From: a virus
Lineage: Duplodnaviria; Caudoviricetes
DNA: 64,000 nucleotides
Direction: 5' to 3' (one strand)
IMG/VR virus record: IMGVR_UViG_3300045996_004591
Location: 1,462 to 65,461 of that record
A program made the translations under genes and the position numbers. Below, piece after piece: positions 1-7,459 of the stretch (the stretch's first letter is position 1; each line of letters opens with the position of its first letter). The notes beneath the pieces were generated by a model. The model had not been told where the DNA came from. It did no database searches and saw only the letters and a program-made list of their open reading frames with translations.

Positions 1-185
1 GAGAGGGTGCCGTAGCGCCCGTCAGGGTCATTGAAAAGCCGCGCCTTCTGGTTGGCCTGGTCCTTGTCGGTGCCCAGGCGTTCCCACCCTTTGCCGGGAT
101 GGGCGTAGAAGTACGCCCCGTGACTGAGGTACACCCTGGGTTCCAGCCCCAGGTCGTTCTTGCGTCTCCGACCCATGGTCGCCAT
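1..185 (-). CDS. int: Phage integrase, N-terminal arm-binding region (runs off left edge)
   Basis: Manual translation MATMGRRRKNDLGLEPRVYLSHGAYFYAHPGKGWERLGTD resembles lambdoid integrase N-termini; lies directly downstream of xis-like gene; catalytic domain outside window. Confidence 0.75.
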   Translation of the reverse strand, partial: MATMGRRRKNDLGLEPRVYLSHGAYFYAHPGKGWERLGTDKDQANQKARLFNDPDGRYGTL

Positions 186-186
186 A

Positions 187-525
187 TTACCCCCGAGCCT
201 TCTTGCCGAATTTCGCCCGGTACCCGGCCCGGTTGGGCGGCATTGGCTCACGCGTCGCACCTGCGTCGTTGGCAGCTTGCTGCTGGCCGAACTGTCCTCG
301 GGTCACCGCGTCGTAATGGGCGCGCTCCAGGATGACCGGTCCCTTGCCGTCGCCGCGCCGGAAAGCGCGCACGAAGCCGCGGGCGTGCAGCGCCTTCAGC
401 TGGTCCGCCGGCCGCACATAGCCGCCGCTCGCGGCCTCCACTTCGGCAGGCGACAGGTTCAGGCTGGTGGCGGGAGTTGGCATGTTGAAGAACTCCGTGC
501 CTGGCAATTGGTGGACGTTACCCAT
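187..525 (-). CDS. DUF4224-like putative excisionase
   Basis: LSPAEVEAASGGYVRPADQLKALHARG...GPVIL pattern; adjacent to integrase. Confidence 0.7.
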   Translation of the reverse strand: MGNVHQLPGTEFFNMPTPATSLNLSPAEVEAASGGYVRPADQLKALHARGFVRAFRRGDGKGPVILERAHYDAVTRGQFGQQQAANDAGATREPMPPNRAGYRAKFGKKARG

Positions 526-1102
526 TGCCCAACTCCTTCAGCGCGTCGCTGCGCGCTGCGTTCAGCTCGGCCATTTTGTCGTTGCTGCCGCCGGGCTTGT
601 CGGGGTGGGCCTTGCTGGCCAGCTGGCGGTAGGCCTGTTCCACCTCACCAGCCTTAGGCAGGCGCTCCAGGCTCAGGCCCAGCACGTCGCTCCAGTGCTT
701 GCCCGCCGGCGCCGGCAGCGCCTTGAACCCGGTGAAGCTGGCCCGCACCAGCGCCAGGGTGCCGTGCCGCAGCTCGACGCGTCGCGCCTCGAGGATGTGG
801 TGGATGGCCTGCAGGTTGGCCTCGACGGTCGCGTAGCGGTCCACCGGGATGCACACCTGCAGCCCGTCCCAGGTGAACCACACAGCCACGCCTGCGTCGG
901 TCGGGCGCATTACGCCCAGCGTCACGTTGCTGCTGATCACCACGGCGCTCACCGGCTTCTTGCTGTCGGAGCCAAAGCGCACCAGGCTCACGTCGACGTT
1001 CTTCAGCGCGCCGGCCAGCGTCGTTTTGAACTGGCCCTTTTCGGGAGCCTTCGAGCGGGGAAAGCCATGCGGCCAAGACAGTGGGAAGGCGGTAGCGCTC
1101 AT
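518..1102 (-). CDS. Protein with C-terminal DnaJ J-domain
   Basis: AYRQLASKAHPDKPGGSNDKMAELNAAR contains HPD motif; start MSATAFPLSWP at 1102. Confidence 0.85.
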   Translation of the reverse strand: MSATAFPLSWPHGFPRSKAPEKGQFKTTLAGALKNVDVSLVRFGSDSKKPVSAVVISSNVTLGVMRPTDAGVAVWFTWDGLQVCIPVDRYATVEANLQAIHHILEARRVELRHGTLALVRASFTGFKALPAPAGKHWSDVLGLSLERLPKAGEVEQAYRQLASKAHPDKPGGSNDKMAELNAARSDALKELGNG

Positions 1103-1328
1103 GGTTTCGTCCGATCGAAGCGGAAGCGCCACTCCAGGCGCCATTGGGGATGGCCGTTGCCGGGCCTCCAGTGGATGTTGGGGCAGGCGTCATCGCCGTA
1201 ACGGTGCAGTCCCAGCCGCTGGCCGCAGGCGAAGCACTGCTGCTGCAGGCGAAGCACTGCTGCTGCAGGCCGACGGCGCGCAGCTGGTGCACGTTCAGGC
1301 TCATGTCCTGGGGCGGAGAGTCGATCAC
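1099..1328 (-). pseudogene. Small CxxC/H/C protein frameshifted by a 20-bp tandem duplication
   Basis: Removing one repeat copy gives a 69-aa ORF (...CFACGQRLGLHRYGDDACP...) coupled by GTGA and ATGA overlaps to both neighbours. Confidence 0.7.
1225..1270. repeat. Perfect 20-bp tandem duplication GCAGGCGAAGCACTGCTGCT x2 plus GCAGGC
   Basis: Directly visible at 1225-1244 and 1245-1264. Confidence 0.95.
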
Positions 1329-1531
1329 TGGCACCACCTCACCCCGCAAGCGCCCGCGCACTGGCCGCGCGAGATCCCATTGGCGAAAATGGTGAAGTTC
1401 AGGGCCGAGTTGCACCGCGGGCACTTCATCTTCCCCACGTACTCGCCGGCGTCGGGCTTGTGGCTGTACGCGGCGGCCATCGCGTTGGCCACCTGGCCGC
1501 GCTGTTTGATGGATGGAGGCTCGAATCTCAT
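1325..1531 (-). CDS. Small Zn-ribbon-like hypothetical protein
   Basis: CPRC...CAGAC; coupled to neighbours. Confidence 0.65.
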   Translation of the reverse strand: MRFEPPSIKQRGQVANAMAAAYSHKPDAGEYVGKMKCPRCNSALNFTIFANGISRGQCAGACGVRWCQ

Positions 1532-2052
1532 GGCCTGCGCCCCTTGAGTTCGTCGGCCAGCAGCCGCGCCATTGGCGGTGCGATTTCCTTAGTCAGAAGG
1601 CTGGCTAGATCGTTGCGCGGCAGCGAGTCAACGGCAAGGCGGCTGATCCCGTAGCAGACCTCGCGGCCAGAGAAGGCAATGCGCGCGTGGACGGCTTCGT
1701 TCATCACGTCTGAGTGGACGCTAGAAACCAGCAACTCCAGCGGTACTGTGCGGAGCGCGACAGACAGCGGGAAGTCATCGTCCGGGGCAAGCAGCGACGG
1801 AAGTTCAGGGACCATAGCCAACATCCATTGGCAGCGATGGTTTCGCGCCGAGCTGGTTTCGGTGGTGGTCGGATCAAAGATCAGCGACAGCCGCGCGGCG
1901 CGACTTTTGGCGCGCGCAATCTCGTCTTCCGCCTTCCGGCGTTGCTCTGACTGATACGCGGCCAGTTGTGATTCCCTCTCATACGCCTCACCGAGCCGCG
2001 CGATTTCCTCGCGTGCGCGCCTGCGTTGGTTGCGTCCGAATCGCTTGCTCAT
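1528..2052 (-). CDS. Hypothetical phage protein
   Basis: MSKRFGRNQRRRAREEIARL; ATGA overlaps at both ends. Confidence 0.7.
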   Translation of the reverse strand: MSKRFGRNQRRRAREEIARLGEAYERESQLAAYQSEQRRKAEDEIARAKSRAARLSLIFDPTTTETSSARNHRCQWMLAMVPELPSLLAPDDDFPLSVALRTVPLELLVSSVHSDVMNEAVHARIAFSGREVCYGISRLAVDSLPRNDLASLLTKEIAPPMARLLADELKGRRP

Positions 2053-2335
2053 GTCGTCAGTCCTTGAGGTGCTGGCAGCAGCCTGGAGAGCAGGCCGCGC
2101 TGGTGGTTGTGGTGTGGGCAAACATCGAGATCCGGGCCCAGGTGCAGCGCGTGGTCTCGCAGATCGGCACGTCGCAGCCGGGCCAGTCGCACAGGTAGGG
2201 CGCCATCTGAAGGCAGCGAACCAGTTCGCCGGCTTTCGTGCGCAGGTAGAACGGGCAGGCCTTCGGTGGGTTCTTGCGCGCCTTGCCGCCCAGGTTGATA
2301 TGGACCATCAGGCCGCCGACGCGGTAGTAAGGCAT
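2049..2335 (-). pseudogene. Cys/His-rich phage protein with apparent 1-bp frameshift near 2156
   Basis: CDWPGCDVPICE continues in another frame as DHALHLGPDLDVCPHH, ending at an ATGA overlap with the next gene. Confidence 0.6.
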
Positions 2336-2637
2336 CAGAACGGCACTCCGTCGTGAACTGCTGCCAGCTGCGCAACGCGCCTGGTCTCCATCACCTTGCC
2401 ATTGATGTTCACGTGCGTCGGAGCTTCGATGTTCACGCTCACCATGACGGCTTCGAACAAGACGAAGCGGCCGTTCGGGTGGTAGCGCTGTAGGCGCAGC
2501 GCCTCCTGCTCAGCGACTTGTCGTGAGCACTGCAGAACGGTTGGTCGCTTGTCCGCCGGGATGCGATGCAGCGTATGCGGCCCGCTGGTCCAGTTGTCGG
2601 ACTCGGCCATGTCGAGGATGAGGAAGGCTTCGTCCAT
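2335..2637 (-). CDS. Hypothetical protein ending in SSB-tail-like DGVPF
   Basis: MDEAFLILDMAE start overlaps upstream TGA (TGATG). Confidence 0.65.
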   Translation of the reverse strand: MDEAFLILDMAESDNWTSGPHTLHRIPADKRPTVLQCSRQVAEQEALRLQRYHPNGRFVLFEAVMVSVNIEAPTHVNINGKVMETRRVAQLAAVHDGVPF

Positions 2638-2981
2638 CAGGTCTCCACGTGCGCCGAAACCGGGAACGGCCAGCAGGTGAGAGGACATTCGACAGCCTTG
2701 CTTGCCACAGGCGCAGCGGCAGCCTGCAGGCGATCGCGCGCAGCTTCCTCGGGGAAGTGGGCCGCCACGTAGGCCTCGACTTCTTCCCGGGTGCAACCGT
2801 AGGCTTGCAGTGCCTCACGGGCCGTCTTGCCAAAGGTGCCGCGGGCAAGGCGAACAACGCTGTCGCCGCAGCGCACACAATCGCGACGCTCGCCGATACC
2901 CCACATCGTGCGCGAATCGTTTTGGACAGCGCGGTACGCGGTCACCTTGCGCTTGATGTGGCGCTTGCACGGGTCGATCAT
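2637..2981 (-). CDS. Hypothetical protein
   Basis: MIDPCKRHIKRK...WPFP; translationally coupled. Confidence 0.6.
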   Translation of the reverse strand: MIDPCKRHIKRKVTAYRAVQNDSRTMWGIGERRDCVRCGDSVVRLARGTFGKTAREALQAYGCTREEVEAYVAAHFPEEAARDRLQAAAAPVASKAVECPLTCWPFPVSAHVET

Positions 2982-3628
2982 GGCTTGAGCCTCCGGAACG
3001 AAACGGCCCACACCCACGGGTTCGCATCCCAGCTGCCGGGGCCGTTGATGGATTCCCACAGGTGCATGTAGGCCGTTCGCGGGCTCGCGTAGTCGCTGAA
3101 AATCGTGCTCGCCTGCGTGGGCGACTCTTTGCTGCGCTCAATGCCTTCCGCCCAGCAGTCGGCCTCGCTGATGGCCTGCAGCCGCTCGACGCGCACGCCG
3201 GTCACTTCCAGCAGAATGCGGCTGGCCCAGCGCGGCATGAACATTGACGGACGTAGCTTGCCTGTGCATTCATCGCGCGGCGCCATACCGTTGGCCTCGT
3301 ACCAGACCGAGTGCGGTTGCAGATCGCGCGGAGGCATGTCGTCGCACCGCCCGTCGTCGCCTGTCGTGCGCCATGCTTCGCGCACCCAGAGCCGGTCGCC
3401 TGGCTGGCCGTAGGGGCATGCGAACAGATTGCCGCCGCTACCGTGCCCGGTTGCGGCCAGCACCCAAGCCCAGTTGCCCTGGGAGTTTTTGTACGGCGCG
3501 ACTGGACTCAGCCCGGCACCACCATTCGGCTGGGGCTGCGGCTTCACCACTCGGCGCGTCTGCGTCTTCGTGCCGGCCAGCAGCGCGCGGATCATGGGAG
3601 CGGAAAAGAGAATGGGCCGCTCGGTCAT
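2978..3628 (-). CDS. ASCH/PUA-like phage protein
   Basis: MTERPILFSAPMIRALLAGTKTQTRR, GDRLWVRE, PSMFMPRWASRI, WDANPWVW motifs. Confidence 0.85.
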   Translation of the reverse strand: MTERPILFSAPMIRALLAGTKTQTRRVVKPQPQPNGGAGLSPVAPYKNSQGNWAWVLAATGHGSGGNLFACPYGQPGDRLWVREAWRTTGDDGRCDDMPPRDLQPHSVWYEANGMAPRDECTGKLRPSMFMPRWASRILLEVTGVRVERLQAISEADCWAEGIERSKESPTQASTIFSDYASPRTAYMHLWESINGPGSWDANPWVWAVSFRRLKP

Positions 3629-3660
3629 ACTGCGCATTTCAACGAAAAAGGGGAATCCAA

Positions 3661-3909
3661 ATGGGACTGGACCAACTCTTCAAAGTACCGCAGGTGCAGC
3701 TGGAATCGGTTCGCGCTGCCGTGGTGAAGCGCGGGCTGGACCCGGCCAGTTTTCAGTTGGTGGCAAAGAACAACTTTCTCGCGGAAGGCCCGTTCAAGAC
3801 CATCATTACCGTGACTCGCGGTACCAAGTCTCTGGACTTCGAGCGCGTTTTCGACGGCAAGTGGGTCGACGATTTCAAGCAGGCTCTCGAGCGCGGCGAA
3901 TTCGACTGA
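3661..3909 (+). CDS. Antisense moron, 82-aa hypothetical protein
   Basis: SD AAGGGGA then ATG; globular-looking sequence; opposite strand to the operon. Confidence 0.7.
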   Translation: MGLDQLFKVPQVQLESVRAAVVKRGLDPASFQLVAKNNFLAEGPFKTIITVTRGTKSLDFERVFDGKWVDDFKQALERGEFD

Positions 3910-4052
3910 CGGCAGTTGGAGCAAGCCGCACTGCTCCAGCGACCTAATCCTGTTGGCCGTGTCGGCGGCTGCCGGGATGGGGCGCTCGGTCATACTGTGG
4001 GTTCCAAAGAAACTAGTCGGCCATGCTTAAGACTGGCCTGGAGGGGCGGGGC

Positions 4053-4688
4053 ATGAAAAGTCGGTCGTTTGATGCGGGATGGGCACTCGTCCTGCTGTGG
4101 ATAACCGCGGCGCTGGGTATCTGGTTTCTCGCCAGCATTGCTGACAATGTGGATAGGTGGCTGATGGCAAACCAGCACCTGTCCGCGTGGGTTCAGGCGG
4201 TCGGCACCATAGCGGCGATCCTGGCAGCGGCGTGGATCGCACGACGACAGGAGCGCAAGGCGGCCCACGCGGCAAAAAGTATTGCGGTAAAGAAGGCGGT
4301 GACCTTTGCGGCTACCGTTCAGAATGGCGCCGAAGAGGTGCGCGAGAAGGGCTCGATGTGGACCCAGCACTCCAAATTGCGGCGCCTTGTGCTCGAAGAG
4401 GCAGTGCTGGACGCGAGGACTATCGACGTGGCTTTGCTTAACCTCGAATGGCTCGTGGCTGTGCACGGGCTGCGAAGCATCGCGGTGCAGATGTGCGAAG
4501 TGATGCGTCAGTTCGAAAGCAGTTCCGAACGTGAGATTGCTGCTAGCGACCCCCGTTACCAGGGTTTGGCTCGATCCATTACCTACGAGAAAATGGCGAC
4601 TGCCATCGCCGAATACGAGCCAAAGATCCAGAACCTCATCGAGATCTTGAGAAAGAAGCATCCTGGTGTCGATGCGTATGCAGAATAG
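4053..4688 (+). CDS. Antisense moron, membrane-anchored protein with two N-terminal TM segments
   Basis: GGAGGG SD; LSAWVQAVGTIAAILAAAWIARRQ TM motif; visibly lower GC. Confidence 0.8.
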   Translation: MKSRSFDAGWALVLLWITAALGIWFLASIADNVDRWLMANQHLSAWVQAVGTIAAILAAAWIARRQERKAAHAAKSIAVKKAVTFAATVQNGAEEVREKGSMWTQHSKLRRLVLEEAVLDARTIDVALLNLEWLVAVHGLRSIAVQMCEVMRQFESSSEREIAASDPRYQGLARSITYEKMATAIAEYEPKIQNLIEILRKKHPGVDAYAE

Positions 4689-4696
4689 ACCGGCAC

Positions 4697-6340
4697 TCAT
4701 GCGACCAGCCTTTCGGGCTGCTGCTCGCGGTAGTTCGCCTCGACATAGGCCCTGGCCATCGGCGGGCAGACGCTGTTGCCGCACATACGCACCTGGGCCG
4801 TCTTCGTCAGCACCCGGCCGTCGCCGCCGCGGTCGATCTGGTAGCTCTCCGGAAATCCCTGCGCGCGATACAGCTCGCGCGGGCTAAGCATGCGCATGCC
4901 GATGTCGACGATGGCATACGGCTCCCCCTTGACCATCACCAGGCCGAAGCGGTGCTTGGTGGTGACGGTGTGCAGCGGCTCGGCCAGCTGGGGGTCTTGG
5001 TCGGTGCCGTAGTACTTGATGAGGAAGGCGCGCACCTCGGCGTGGTGCAGACCCTGCGCGCTGATGGTGTGCAGCGGTTCGGCCATCGACTGGGCGCCCT
5101 TGCTGGTGCCTCGCAGCTTGATCAGGTTGCTGGTGACGATGGCGGTGTCGGCCTTCGACGTGATGGTCGCGGTGGGCTCGGCCGCACCGCGCGGGCGGCT
5201 CTGGCCAGCGCGCCCGCCGACGCCCACAAGTGCGGCTGTGACCAAGTGGTGGTGGTCTTGCGTCGTGATCGTGCTGATCGGCTTGTCCATCGGGGTGCCC
5301 GGGGTTTCGTGCCCGCCGTAGTGCTTGGCTATGAACGCCTGGACGACCGCGTGCCTGTTCTCCGTGGTCGTGGTGCGCAGCGGCTCGTTCGCGCGCCAGG
5401 TAGCAGTGCGAGCCCCCTTGTTGTCGACGGCGATGAGCGATGGGGCGATGAGCGCACGCTCTCCGCGGTTCGCACCGGTGATCGTGCGAAATGGCTCATG
5501 CAGAGATTCGATGCGATCGCCGCCCTGATGCGTCAGAGGAACGATGAACGGGTCTGCAGCGTTCACCACGTAGCGCATCATCCCCTTGGCTATGCGCCGC
5601 ATCGTGGCCTCGGCCAGCGGGCGCTCGCGCGTGAAGATGGACGGGCAGTGGGTGTCCCAGTCAATGCACTCGGCCGCCGTGCGGTATGACTTGAGCTTCT
5701 TGGCCTTCACCGGCAGGCTGTCGGGCGGGCCGTGCGTGGCCGCAGGGAAGACGATGGGCTCGCCATCGCACCTGGCCACTAGGAATAGGCGCTTGCGAAT
5801 CGTGGGCGTGCCCAGATCGCAGGCGCGGTCCTCCTTGAAGTCCACCACGTAGCCCAGGTTCTCCAGCGTTGACTTCCAGCGCTTGAAGGTGCGGCCCTTT
5901 CGCAGCGGGCAGGGTCGGCCGTCGGTGCCCAGCGGACCCCAGTTCTGAAATTCCTCGACGTTCTCCAGGAAGATGACGCGGGGGCGCACGAGCTTGGCCC
6001 ACTTGATTCCCACCCACGCGAGGCCGCGGATCTTCTTGCTCACCGGCTTGCCACCCTTGGCCTTGCTGAAGTGCTTGCAGTCGGGGCTCATCCACAGCAT
6101 GCCCACCGGGCGGCCATCACACACGGCCACGGGGTCGACCTCGAAGACGTCGCTGACGTAATGCAGTGTCTGGGGGTGGTTGGCCTGGTGCAGTGCAACG
6201 GCCTCTGGGTCGTGGTTGATGGCGATGTCGACGTGCCGGCCAATGGCCTGCTCGATGCCGGTAGAGGCGCCACCGCCGCCTGCAAAAAGGTCGATGACGA
6301 GGTCATCTTCGATGGGAAGGACGAACTGGGGTGTGAGCAT
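4697..6340 (-). CDS. DNA cytosine-5 methyltransferase
   Basis: DLFAGGGG (I), SPDCKHFS (IV), ENV (VI), RKRLF (VIII), RAQGFP and GNSV (IX-X). Confidence 0.95.
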   Translation of the reverse strand: MLTPQFVLPIEDDLVIDLFAGGGGASTGIEQAIGRHVDIAINHDPEAVALHQANHPQTLHYVSDVFEVDPVAVCDGRPVGMLWMSPDCKHFSKAKGGKPVSKKIRGLAWVGIKWAKLVRPRVIFLENVEEFQNWGPLGTDGRPCPLRKGRTFKRWKSTLENLGYVVDFKEDRACDLGTPTIRKRLFLVARCDGEPIVFPAATHGPPDSLPVKAKKLKSYRTAAECIDWDTHCPSIFTRERPLAEATMRRIAKGMMRYVVNAADPFIVPLTHQGGDRIESLHEPFRTITGANRGERALIAPSLIAVDNKGARTATWRANEPLRTTTTENRHAVVQAFIAKHYGGHETPGTPMDKPISTITTQDHHHLVTAALVGVGGRAGQSRPRGAAEPTATITSKADTAIVTSNLIKLRGTSKGAQSMAEPLHTISAQGLHHAEVRAFLIKYYGTDQDPQLAEPLHTVTTKHRFGLVMVKGEPYAIVDIGMRMLSPRELYRAQGFPESYQIDRGGDGRVLTKTAQVRMCGNSVCPPMARAYVEANYREQQPERLVA

Positions 6341-6375
6341 ATTGGTGCAGCCGCGCGAGGCGGCTGGCTTGTGGT

Positions 6376-7014
6376 TCAGTGCTGGGTTTCCGTCTGGCCC
6401 AGCGTCGCGGCCAGGGCTTGGGCTGGCGTCTGCTTGCCGCCCTTCTTCTCGGTGTCCGTCTTCTCGCTGGCCAGCAGGTCCTTTTGCGCGCTCACAATCT
6501 CCGGGGCCGTGACCTCGATGTCGCGCTCCAGGCTCTTCAGGATGCCCAGCTCGCCAATCGTTTCCGCATCGACGTCAGCGGTGTAGAACTGGAAGTAGTG
6601 GTCGACGGTGCCGCCTTGCTGCGGGTCGATCTTCATCTTGCGCACCGTGCCGTCCTTGAGCGTGAGGTTCGCGTGGCCGGTGGCGCCGCTGTAGATCTTC
6701 AGCTTGCAGCCGGTTTGCTCATAGTCCCAGCCGATGGAGCCCAAGGCCTTGGCTGCGGCGGTGAGGTCGGGCAGGTCCGATACCGGCTCGATGCCCGCCA
6801 GCGTGTTGCTGTTCGGACTGGCCGGGCCGTCCTTCTCGTAGAGGAACCGCTGCAGCGTCCCATCCAGCATGTTTAGCTTGGTATTGGGCAGAGAGACCTT
6901 CAGCGACAGGCAAACGGCCGGCTGGACGTCGGTTTGACCCATCTTCAGCGACAGGATCTCGATGGCGGTGATGGTGGCGGCGTGTTTGCCGATCAGTTCG
7001 AAGCGAGAGGGCAT
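6376..7014 (-). CDS. Hypothetical phage protein
   Basis: GGAGA SD, GC-rich third positions. Confidence 0.75.
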   Translation of the reverse strand: MPSRFELIGKHAATITAIEILSLKMGQTDVQPAVCLSLKVSLPNTKLNMLDGTLQRFLYEKDGPASPNSNTLAGIEPVSDLPDLTAAAKALGSIGWDYEQTGCKLKIYSGATGHANLTLKDGTVRKMKIDPQQGGTVDHYFQFYTADVDAETIGELGILKSLERDIEVTAPEIVSAQKDLLASEKTDTEKKGGKQTPAQALAATLGQTETQH

Positions 7015-7037
7015 GGTTTCTCCGGGAGTTGTGGGGT

Positions 7038-7388
7038 TCAGGCGCGGGCACTGGGGAAGGGCCACGGCACATGCGAGCCAGTGGCAGCGGGCGCGACCGG
7101 CTCGGTCTCGGCCTTGGGCGGCGCGTACTTCTTGAAGGGCAGCGCCTTGATGTGCGCACCGAAGTACTTGCCGATCGACTCGGCGGCCATGAACTCGGCG
7201 TGCACCTTCGGCTCGACGTTCGGGTAGTGGTAGATGGTCCCGGGGCCGCGTGTGAAGGTCACGGCCAGCGTCTTCGTCAGCGGGTCATAGCCGACGGCAG
7301 CGACCTGGTTGGATTTCACTGGCGTGAGCGGGATGTTCGGCATGGCCTCATCGGTGATGGGCGCAGCGGCATTGGTCTGAGTGGTCAT
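7038..7388 (-). CDS. KTSC domain protein
   Basis: VKSNQVAAVGYD...YHYPNV...FMAAESIGKYF. Confidence 0.9.
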   Translation of the reverse strand: MTTQTNAAAPITDEAMPNIPLTPVKSNQVAAVGYDPLTKTLAVTFTRGPGTIYHYPNVEPKVHAEFMAAESIGKYFGAHIKALPFKKYAPPKAETEPVAPAATGSHVPWPFPSARA

Positions 7389-7459
7389 GGTTTCTCCGGG
7401 GTGAAGGGAAAGGTGCCGGGCACTGTGATGGGGTCGGGCGGCCCGGCGTTGAGCCCGAT

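Noticed and set aside
4960-5520. Repeated EPLxTIT units inside the C5 methyltransferase
   Set aside because: A common feature of the variable region in this phage MTase family, not a separate element or intein
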